Of a stretch of DNA of 64,000 bases, positions 1-11,100 are shown one piece after another. The notes under the pieces are model-generated. The model did not search any database, was not told the DNA's origin, and saw nothing but the letters and a program-made list of their open reading frames with translations. Position 1 is the first letter of the stretch, and every line of letters begins with the position of its first letter. The stretch is from Nemertoderma westbladi (lineage: Eukaryota; Animalia; Xenacoelomorpha). The DNA lies in assembly GCA_032718475.1 (NCBI GenBank), contig JAUCBJ010007700.1:51063-115062 (forward strand). Direction: 5' to 3'. The position numbers and the translations under genes were made by a program.

Positions 1-44
1 TGCACATTCCTTAAATAAAATAAATATTTCTTATTCCTTACAGT

Positions 45-1805
45 CAGTCGGTGAGAAGTCAAAAATTGGACTTCAAGTCCAATTTTAGACTTCAAGTCCA
101 ATTTTGGACTCCGAAGTCCAATATTGGACTTTAGTACAACTCCAAGTGTACACATACAGTATATATCGGTATTTAAATCAAAACTGCATCCCGCATCAGT
201 ACATACATATCATGCATATTACATAATTACAATGCAACATTATTTTAATGATCAAATTAATTATTCTAAGTATTATAAGCAGGGATCGCATACATACAGT
301 CAGACATCAGTAGTTACTTTTTGCGGTAGTGGTATGACTTTGCGGTAGCCTTACTGCCTTAGCCAGTTAGGCAAAATTAAGAGTACTGTAAACTGTAACC
401 TATTATGTTATTGAGTTAATGTTTATTGACTAATTGTTTTGATTAGGTTCACTGTGTCAAGTACAATGCACACATCTCCAACCAGACGCTATATAACATG
501 AGTTGATGTTGGAGGTGTCTCATTGGTTCCCCCAAGCTTGACACTAGAACAAAGCCGTCTCCGCTTTGCAGGACATTGCTTTCGCCGTGAGGACCAGCCA
601 GTGCACCTCATGGAGTGAATAAGCATGGTGGACAGCCCATGACTTTCTTGAGACGCATCTTTCTTACTGTCTTAAAGGACACTGGCCTTGAAGATGCGGA
701 TGATTTAACAAATGTCATGGGTGGTATAAGGCTGTAAGGGAGTTGTGGAGGCGCAATTTTGTCAACAAGCCGGCACAGCATTCTTAATAGGGCCTATATA
801 TATAATGCAGCTGCAATGCAGCATGCCGATTGTAGTAGTAGTTGGTTTGAAAAGCCTGCTTCTGTATGTATAAGCACATGCCCTATGTCTGTATGTGGTA
901 ATAGGTCTGTATGTGGCCGTTTATTGTTTTTACTTAGAAAAGCATTCCTCTGTAACCTGTTCCTTTCCCCCAATTGGTTCATGTTTTATTATGTGAAGAC
1001 CCCAACACGTTAATCAGTTAATCCCCTTTCATTATCCAGCCGTTTTAAAATACCCTTCCTGTTGTATGGAAAAATTAGAAGAGATGGTGGTAGCATCAAC
1101 TTGTAGTATTTCTTTCTGATAGGGCTCCCATAGGCTTAGACGAAATCGTAGCGTAGCTTGTACTGTAGTTAGCCTTAGCAGCAACTGCAGTTGGCAAACC
1201 TGGCATTGCTACCAGTTTCCACCAAATATAATTTGTAATTAAATATTTGTTGGAGCATAATCCAATCTAGTCCTAAAGACTCTAAAGTCCTGGGTACATA
1301 AGGCTGCAAGGTTAGACATAACATGAATGTAAACTAAACAATATACCGTACTAAAAAGTAAAGTACCTAGAATGCTAGAATGTACCATTATTTTCTAAGT
1401 ACAGTACGCTGAAGATACATACAGTATACAGAGAGCTGCAAAGGTAACTTTCCATAACTTAATACCTGTCTGGCTGTCTCTCGTCTGTCATGCTTCATGT
1501 ACCTTTAAGTTTGATTCTCAATGTCACGTCCAAAATTGGACTTAAAGTCCAATATTGGACTTTTGTAATAATTCAAAGCCTTATAAAAAAAGTTCCCCCT
1601 GGTGAATTTCAGGTCCCCCTGTTCAAAACTCTTATTTTTTGATATACTTTCGATTAAAAAAATAAAATCCCGCCCGATCCAATTACCCAAGGCCCTGGAA
1701 CAATTGGCTGATATTATTGGACTCACAGAAGTCCAAATTTGGACTTGAACAGGAGTCGAAGTCCAATTTTGGACTCAAGTCCAATTTTTGACTTCTCACC
1801 GACTG
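45..1805. mobile_element. Non-autonomous TIR DNA transposon with palindromic AAGTCCAA..TTGGACTT subterminal repeats
   Basis: Left end CAGTCGGTGAGAAGTCAAAAATTGGACT is the reverse complement of the right end ending at 1805. ACAGT flanks both sides (40-44, 1806-1810); a TA duplication with ends 4 bp further out is an alternative reading. No transposase ORF. Confidence 0.8.
448..842 (+). mobile_element. Degraded 3' fragment of the RTE-clade LINE
   Basis: Matches the reverse complement of about 21717-22083, including the ...GCAGCATGCCGAT end and a (TAG)n tail. Confidence 0.85.
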
Positions 1806-2476
1806 ACAGTATGTGTTACACTTCTTTCATAATTCTTTGATTTATGTCAGTCTGTATATTGCTAATTGTTGGGTTAAGGATAAGGACAATGGTTGCACTG
1901 CACTCTATAAATCCTCTATAGAATATCGTATCATAATGAAGTTGCTAGCACTGGCATTCTTACCTCACACGGTAGCATAGAATAACCCATTGATATTCAA
2001 AAGAATAGCCCATCGCCCATCTGAGCGCACATACATTTGTCACGTATTTCGATGAAACAGGACTCAAGTAACTGGACATCGCCGCAGAGTTTCGAAAAAC
2101 TAACTTGTGTCCTGCATTTCCTCTTCTGCTCCGCGTTATGCCCCACTTAGATGGATTGTCCAAAATGTTGTACTTGAAAGATGTGAAAAAAGTGAAAAAC
2201 CAATGTCAATGTCATGTCAATCAGTCAATAGGCACAAAGATGGTTCGGTTCGGTTGGGCAGCTGATAGACGTTATGAAGGTTAAAGATGATGACTGGATG
2301 ACGTTTTGGCTCAACTGGCTCAGGCAGGAGTGGGACACGTTCGTGGGACCTCTGCGCAGCATGAAGTGAGCAAAGCCTTAGCTAGCCCTAGCTGATAGGG
2401 GCCCCACCCCATTAACATGTCTTTCATTAGTCAGAGCCAGAGGTCGTTCAACACAATATTCGTCTCCTTAATTTGC

Positions 2477-2678
2477 CTCATTGCGTTCGTTTGTTTTTTT
2501 ACCTAACTTCAGATTATTTCTAATCTTTTGACATACTACATACATACTAAGTTTCGTTTAATTTCATCAAGGAATGACCGAGTTATTACCAATAAAAAAT
2601 TCACAACGACGACAGACAACTCATTAATAGCACCCATATGCTAAGGCTTCGCTCACTTGAACGTGGCTCTCCCCCACA
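2477..2678 (-). mobile_element. Helentron/DINE-1-like interspersed repeat (copy 1)
   Basis: Reverse complement aligns with 61695-61907 (AAGTGAGCGAAGCCTT...GTTGTCTGT...TTCCTTGATGAAATTAAACGAAAC). Family assignment is inferred from the GTC/CTGTC tract and general layout. Confidence 0.6.
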
Positions 2679-2694
2679 TTCAATCCGGTTCGAC

Positions 2695-4220
2695 GCAGTT
2701 TGTTGCTCATTGCTGCTTGTTGTGCTTTATTATTTCTCATTGTTGGTCATTGTTGCTCATTGTTGGTCATTGTTGCACGTTGTTGGTCATTGTTGCTTGT
2801 TGGTGCTCGTTAGTTGTACCTTATTATTGCTCGTTGTACTCTATTATTGCTCGTTGTTGCTCATTATTGCTCATTGTTACTCATTGTTGCTCGTTGTTGT
2901 ACTTTATTATTGCTCGTTCAATCGTTGTTCCTCATTGTTGCTCGTTGTTGTACTTTATTATTGCTCATTGTTCCTCGTTGTTGGTCATTGTTGCTTGTTG
3001 GTGCTCATTGTTGCGAGTTAGTTGTACTTTATTATTGCTCGTTGTACTCTATTATTGCTCATTGTTGCTCATTATTGCTCATTGTTACTCATTGTTGCTC
3101 GTTGTTGTACTTTATTATTGCTCGTTCAATCGTTGTTCCTCATTGTTGCTCGTTGTTTCTCGATGTTGAACTTTATTATTGCTCATTGTTGGTCAATATT
3201 ACTCGTTGTTGCTCATTCAGTCGTTGTTGCCCATTGTTGCTCGTTGTTGTACTTTATTATTGCTCATTGTTGCTCAATATATCTCGTTGTTGCTCAATAT
3301 AACTCGTTGTTGCTCGTTCAGTCGTTGTTGCTCATTATTGCTCGTTGTTTCTCGTTGTTGCTCATTGTTGCTCGTTGTCTGGTTGTTGTTCTTTATTATT
3401 GCTCATTGTTGCTCAGTGTTTCTCATTGTTGCTCAATGTTACTCGTTGTTATACTTTATTATTGCTCAATGTTACTCGTTGTTACTCATTGTCATTGTTG
3501 CTCATTGTTACTCGTTGTTCCTCATGTCCTAATTATGGGTCGTTGTTTCTCGATGTTGTACTTTATTATTGCTCATTGTTGCTCGTTGTTTCTCAATGTT
3601 GCTCGTTGTCGTACTTTATTATTGCTCGTTCAGTCGTTGTTCCTCATTGCTGCTCGCTGTTTCTCGTTGTTGCTCGTTGTTGCTCAATATTACTCATTGT
3701 TACTCGTTGTTGCTCGTTGTTGTACTTTATTATTGCTCGTTCAGTCGTTGTTCCTCATTGTTGCTCGCTGTTTCTCGTTGTTGCTCATTGTTGTACTTTA
3801 TTATTACTCATTGTTGCTCGGTGTTTCTCAATGTTACTCGTTGTTGCTCATTGTTGCTCGTTCAGTCGTTGTTCATCATTATTGCTCATTGTTGTTCGTT
3901 GTTTCTCGCTGTTGCCCATTGTTGCTCGTTGTTATACTTTATTATTGCTCATTTTTGCTCGTTGTTGCTCATTGTTTCTCATTGTTGCTCAATGTTACTC
4001 GTAGTAGTCGTAGTTGCTCATTGTTACTCATTGTTGCTCATTGTCTGATTGTTGCTCGTTCAGTTGTTGTTCCTCATTATTGCTCGTTGTTGTACTTTAT
4101 TATTGCTCAATGTTACTCGTTGTTGCTCGTTGTTTACTCATTGTTGCTCGTTGTTTTGTTACTCATTGTTCATTTGTTGCTCGTTGTTGCTTATTGTTGG
4201 TCATTGTTGCTCGTTGTGCA
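2695..4220. repeat. Complex T-rich satellite of about 9-10-nt TTGTTGCTC(A/G) modules
   Basis: Continuous reiteration of TTGTTGCTC, TACTTTATTATTGCTC and GTTCAGTCGTTG. A block of about 208 bp is duplicated (2809 and 3017). Confidence 0.95.
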
Positions 4221-4636
4221 TTTTTGCACCTATCCAATTAAGCTAAGAAGCTCCCTTATCTCTGCATCTTGCAATGTCCTGTCAAGGTTAGGCAGGTAAG
4301 AGGTCATAACTGTCATAAGCAGATAAGGGCAGAAGGAGGATGGGGCTGGGAGACGAGGTTATAAGAGACATTATATAAGGATATTTAATTTAATTTATTT
4401 AATTTAATATATGAGAAATGAGGGCAGTATTGGTTGACAGAAGGAGATACGCAATGCGTATCCCATTGCGCCTCATAATAGCCTCTCGTCAACAAGTCAA
4501 CCCCATCGACTAGCGGCACTGGCTGTTTCAGCTGACGGGGCTCTGTCGAAAAACGCGTCCCTGATGCAGTAAGGGCCCTCTTTTGAGGAGCAATATTATT
4601 ATTGTCGCGGAACTGCTTCTACTCTCTGTGAGAAAT

Positions 4637-5068
4637 GAGAAATATTTAATTTATTTAAGGAGTATGCAGATTTTGGAATGAAATTGTATACCTAAATAAG
4701 AAACCCATGTCAAAAAGTTCTTATTTAAGGACTTTTAGTATTTGTGTACAATTTCGATGTCTTAAATAAGGTAAATTTAAAAAATCCCTCTTATTTAGGA
4801 ACTGGTCGTATTTTTGATGCAATTTTAAAACGCTTGTAGAAAAAAAAACCGGACGGTGAAATGTTTTCTGGTTTTTTGCATTATGTTCAAGAAAGAACCA
4901 ACTTTTATATTGTGAAATAAAATTATGCGGTATTTTTTACTGAAACAAGATCTTGCATATTATGTCGAAAAAATATCCAAAAAAGGCCCAAAAACCCCTA
5001 AATAAGAGCCATTTTCCTTAAATAAGAACCCACTTTTGGAGCTTATTTAAGGGTATGTTCCCTACTGA
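4637..5068. mobile_element. Probable arm of a foldback/MITE element with (C)TTAAATAAG subrepeats
   Basis: TAAATAAG/CTTATTTA recur in both orientations. 4638-4669 resembles the reverse complement of 1-32, so the partner arm would lie mostly before the window. Confidence 0.4.
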
Positions 5069-5861
5069 CAGATACCGTACTGGTAGACTGGTATATGCCC
5101 TATGGTATAGGCATAAACAAATCTAAAGAATCACATGCTTCAAAGGTTGAAATGGAAATAAACGTAACAATATTTGACAACGTCAGAACGTTAACATCAC
5201 CAAACTGCCAAAAGGCAGCAAGAAGGCAAGGGGGCATTACCATTAACGTTTGAGAAACGGCGTTACGGAAGAAAAATAGTGTCAAAATTTAGAAAGACTG
5301 AGAAAACCAAAACGCGTGTTAACAGGTTAAGGGATTCAACAAATTGTTTCTAGTAGGCCCTAATCAGCTAATGAAAAACGGGATGAAATTATTTTCATTA
5401 TATGTCTGTTCTGTATGTAGGTAGGTACTGATGTAGGAATGGAAAGATAGATATACTGACTGACTGAACTGATATAGAGTGAAGGATGATTTAGATTGCT
5501 GGGCAATTGTATCAGCATTACACAGTCTGACAGTTACAATCTTTAACTACTAAACTGTTATTGGTACAAACAACAATCAACCACCTCCCCAAGCAGCGCC
5601 AGAGATACTAGCAAAAATGTCAAAAAAGCAAAAAAACTATCACCAGTCAGTCTGTGTTTGTGTTATTCACTCTCATTCTCACCTCATTTATTAGGATATA
5701 TTGCTGTATTGGTTAGAACTTAGAATATGCCACTACTGGCATAAGCAGATAAGTATAACCAGGTAACCTTTGTATTTTTTCTAGGCCTAACATTAACATT
5801 TCAGGATCTAAGGAATGACCATACTGCCATAGAAGGACTTAATGACGCAGAACCATATAAT

Positions 5862-6784
5862 CCAGGTTGGAATTCATGCTGCAAAACTCAGACGCGTACC
5901 TGCGCGAATGACCGCAAACCAGATGCGCGTTGCGCGTTTGGGTGAGACAGGTGCGCGTTCGGGTGAGACAGGTGCGCGTTGCGCCTCAGCGCGCAGCTCT
6001 GCCTCTGACAGTCTGATGCGCACCACAAATTAATTGAAATCACGAAAATACACAAAAAAAATTTCGCTCGCTTCGCTCGCGTTAGTTTCTCATTTCCAAT
6101 TCTTCAAACAGTCAAATCACTTCACCATACAGCCATAATACTGTAATACCGGCAACCGGAGCTGAATTTGTCTATTTATTTTAACTACAGTGTACTCTAT
6201 TGTTGTATTGCTGTATTGTTATTAGGTCTATGTTATGCCGATGTTACGTTAGTAAACAGGTAAAGTCAGAAAGTAACAATGTATTAATTATATTATAAGT
6301 ATGACTTAATTATAAGCCAACTGTATGTTTAAGCCCAATTGTTAGGTAGGCCTATACAAAGTATTACTGACAGACTGGTACCTATTTCAATATTCGTTTT
6401 TTTGAAATTACATGTTTTGTTTGTAATCTAAAATAATATTTTCTGTTATAAAAGCAGTGAGCCCGATGGGCCACCATAGTAGTGGATTAAAAAAATATTT
6501 TTTAATATTAACAATTTTGATGTTGCAAAAATTACATTTATTATGTAAGCCTAGATTCAACGTACAGACAGACAGACGTAAAGATAAGCTTAAAACGCTC
6601 AAACTTGTAAAATAGGAATGTAAAATTGTTCTTATGAACTGTGCGATTTTTTGAGATATGCATGACATGAGCTGCGCGATTTTGTTTGGATTATGATGAG
6701 GTGCGCGACGAGCCAATTTCAGGTGCGCGGTGATTTCAAAACAACAAAGCGTACCTGCGCGCTCATGCATGAATTCCAACCTGG
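5862..6784. mobile_element. hAT-type MITE
   Basis: 18-bp perfect TIR CCAGGTTGGAATTCATGC and exact 8-bp TSD CATATAAT (5854-5861, 6785-6792). Confidence 0.92.
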
Positions 6785-8130
6785 CATATAATCCATATTC
6801 AATGAGTTAGTTAAGTTGCCAAATATGGCAACAACGGCTTTATATAGTTGCCAAATCAGGCAATCAGAAATGTTGCTAGATTTTGTTTGGTTGCCAAATA
6901 TGGCAATCACAATCATTGCCAGATTTGGCCATTGTACCTAACTGTACTGCAGTACTGGTACACTACACGTACGGTACAGCCTGACAGCGGTAGGCTACCT
7001 ACAGTCAGACAGTGACACACCTCTACCACAGTCTGAGACTGACAGTTAGACAGTTAGTGAGTGAGTTAGGTACTGTAGGGAATTTTTAGCCGTCAGTGTC
7101 AGGCCGTCTGTCAGTGATAAATTAATTACTTAAATTTTAAATTGAAAATTCGTAAATCTATAAATTATGAAATTAATTAGACCTAGTACAGCAGTATATA
7201 TATATAATATAATGTGTGTATAACATAACATTATATGTATAGTTGTTTGTTTACTGGTTTATTGATTGATACTAGCCATTGTTTTTTGTGCTATAATTTG
7301 ATCAAAATATATTATATATATTAGCGGTCTGCCGGTTTACCAGTATACTGAATAAAAAAACAGTACAGCAGTATGATTGATTATGAGCGATTGGCGAACG
7401 AGAAGATAACCATACAGCCATAGGCTGATAGGCCTACTTTATTTTTTTTTAAATAAATAATTAAATTTTTAAAATTTTTAAAAAACTCCGGCTCCGGCCA
7501 AATTGTCCAACTCCGGCTCCGGCCAAATCCCAACTCCGATCGAGCCCTAGTTGGCTGGTTGGGATAGGATAGGCATAGCTGCATAAAGCAGCATAGCGTT
7601 TACCCCCTTCTTTTTAATTTGTTTCGTTTTATTTCCTTCGTTTTAATTTAACCGAGGTACGTTTTGCCGTTTTGATCTGTCAGTCTGTAACCAAACCAGT
7701 TGCCAGTACAAGTACGGTACAGTTTGTAATATATGATTATGATGATATATAAATGCGGTAATAAAACATAATACAGTATTAGTCAGCTACGTATTTTTAA
7801 TTGATTCTGGCTCTAGATCTAGACCTATGTCAGTATTTTATTCATATATATATATTTGCACCTTTTAGGCCTACCAGTAACTGCATTACCCATCAACCCC
7901 TACAGCCCTACACCCTAAACAGATTGAAATAGCTTACTGTATTAGGCCTACCTATCGGTACTGCTGTACTGCGCTACTGCCCTACTGGTTGTGTGATTAT
8001 AATAATAATATACATTAAAAAACGCGATTTGCATTTTGCAGTGGCAACATTTATTTTAATGATACGCGACCATTATTTGTACTGGTATATACATCATTTA
8101 CTATTCAATAGAGGAATATTATAATTTGCA

Positions 8131-11100
8131 ATGAGTAATAGAAGATACAACAGGTCTCGTAGTCCAAGACGTTCTCCGGACCCGTACGATATAGTAGCGG
8201 AATCGAGACAACACAAAGATTACACGAATAATTCTCGCAGACTCAGGGAACATTCAGACTCACCATTGACTGGCTATCGCAATACCTATTACCAAACTGA
8301 AACTGACCCATCTCAGGATATTCTCGAACAACCAGGCTGTTCCAATGAATGGGGTAGCCCTTCTAGAAACTATAAACCAAAACGTAATAAACATTCGTTT
8401 CCTATTCCTGTGCCGGGAGTTAATGACAAAGAAATGTTTGAAGAATTCTGGAAACAGTTCCGGGATGATGATAACCTTTTATCGTTATATTTAAGCCGCG
8501 AACATTCGTCGTGCTTTGCCTCGCATATGGAATTCAATGAATATATTTTGAGTTATCGAATGTTCGCTGATCGCATGTTGGTTGACCTGCGTCCCGAACT
8601 ATATGATACTGTTTACGATTGTTCGCTGGCCCCATCGCTTGATCCCACGTACGATTTCGAGCACAAATCTCCGGATATTTTCGATGAATTCCTCCGCCAC
8701 CAGGAGCAAGTGGACCACGACCGACTTAGCCGACACAATCGATATTCGCATTTAGACGACAGCGGTTTGCGCGAGTCGATTCCACGGGACACGAGTTTTA
8801 GTTTGACTCCAAGTGAAGACGAATCGAAAGCTCGCGAACATTTTAAGTATGGGAATGAATCGTTTCAACACGTTACTAGAGGGATACGTCGCAGAAGAAG
8901 TCATGAACCATACCATTCCGAACCCCAAACTCGTTATGGTGGACTGGACTCGCGTGGGAGCAGCTATCGCGCCAGTAAATCACGCGATGCAAAACGCAAA
9001 AGTGATAATAATTCTCATCATCATAAGTCACGTGATCACGAACATAGTGATAAATCACGTGAAAACAAGCACGGTAGTGATAAATCTCGTATTTACAAGC
9101 ATGGTGATAAATCACGTGATAACAAGCACGGTAGTGGTAAGTCTAGTGATAACAAGCATGGTGATAAATCACGTAATAACAAGCACGGTAGTGGTAAATC
9201 ATATGTTAGAGCTCAAATATGTGATACGGAAGATAAACCAAGACATAATAATACAAGAAGACGTGAATCACACCGGGTTGATCAGAAATCACATGTTTCA
9301 AAAGAGATTGATCAGAAACCATGTGATTCAAAGCAGGATGATGATACATCAACATCACATGATTCAAAGAAAGCTAATATTGCATTACCTGATTCGCAGA
9401 AAGCTGATGATACATCACGTGATTCGCAGAAGGCTGATGATACATCACGTGATTCGCAGAGAGGTGATGATACATTACGTGATTTGCAGAAAGCTGATGA
9501 TACATCACGTGATTCGCAGAAAGCTGATGATACATCACGTGATTCGCAGAAAGCTAGTGATACATCACGTGATTCGCAGAGAGGTGATGATACATCACGT
9601 GATTTGCAGAAGGCTGATGATACATCACGTGATTCGCAGAAGGCTGATGATACATCACGTGATTCGCAGAGAGGTGATGATACATCACGTGATTTGCAGA
9701 AGGCTGATGATACATCACGTGATTCGCAGAAAGCTGATGATACATCACGTGATTCGCAGAAAGCTGATGATACATCACGTGATTTGCAGAGAGCTGATGA
9801 TACATCACGTGATTCGCAGAAAGCTGATGATACATCACGTGATTTGCAGAGAGGTGATGATACATCACGTGATTTGCAGAGAGCTGATGATACATCACGT
9901 GATTCGCAGAAAGCTGATGATACATCACGTGATTTGCAGAGAGGTGATGATACATCACGTTATTTGCAGAAGGCTGATGATACATCACGTGATTCGCAGA
10001 AAGCTGATGATACATCACGTGATTCGCAGAGAGCTGATGATACATCACGTGATTCGCAGAGAGCTGATGATACATCACGTGATTCGAGGAAACCTGATGA
10101 TACATCAGGCGAATCCAGAGAAGCCGATACAGCATGTCCATCAAAACATGGTTTCGAGATTCAACAAGAAACGTCACATGAGGCTGAAAGCAATAAAAAC
10201 GAAGAGTCGAGTGAGGACAAACATGATAGTGATATTGGACAAGATGATGTCATACACATATCAGATTGTAGGAAACCAGTTGATGTGATTCTCATCAATG
10301 ATGATAACAATCAAGAAGATGGTAGTATATCTCATAATAGCACGGAATCTGTAGTAAAAGTTGATGAAAGTAATGGCAACAAATGTGATAGTGATTATCT
10401 TGATCAAAATAAACTCATTGCCCTTTCAGACTCTAAGGAATCTACTAATGATACTGGATGTTTAAAAGAGGGTGTTAGTGCTTCTGATGACATTGCCGTG
10501 AATGCCGAGAAGGTTTCGCCTTCCCATGCTGAACCGACGGTTACCACTGCCGATGGCGTTGCCCCGAGTCAGTTCGCATCAGACGATGTTATCGAATCTT
10601 CGGAGTTCGTAATGGATTCCACTAAAACCCCCAATTCCAATACCGTAACCCCAACTCTAGCTAAAGATGAATCAGCAAAGAATTCTCAAACTCAAGATAA
10701 AAACTTAACTCTTTATTCTGTAGATAATAATTGTAGGTCTGTCGATGTACAAAGTGAAAGCTGTGCTGTTGAGAGTGCGAGTGTTTCTGAGGAGAAATCC
10801 AAACCGAAACAAGATGAAATACCCGCAAATTCTACTTCCAGTAAGTCGGATAAAATGAGTAGTTCTAAACCGGTATCAGAGAAATCATCTGCGGAGGGGA
10901 AAAAACGGTCTGTGAACGGTAGTAGAAAACTGAACAAGAGTTCCCGAGATAATCCGCGGTCCTCCATAAGCGCTGGGAAACTTCGGTTGAGACACCCGCG
11001 ACCTCGCTCGCGCGATGAGGATAGACACGGCAAGTCTCGGAATAAACTTAGATCTAGTGATAGAGACTTTCTGTCCGGGTCTCCAGATATTACGCCTTCA

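Noticed and set aside
2638-4299. Many overlapping Leu/Val/Cys-rich ORFs of up to 425 aa
   Set aside because: Artefacts of a stop-poor T-rich satellite that is open in all three frames.
4412-4639. Segment of about 210 bp between TGAGAAATGAG direct repeats as a SINE insertion
   Set aside because: No convincing A/B boxes, tail or second copy in the window.
9391-10110. CTGATGA...GAAA in the 30-bp units, resembling a tandem hammerhead array
   Set aside because: No helix III, NUH triplet or helix I pairing. The motif follows from Ala-Asp-Asp and Gln-Lys codons.
8813-10288. Alternative-frame 491-aa ORF and antisense 207-aa ORF
   Set aside because: Shadows of the in-frame minisatellite in the main ORF.
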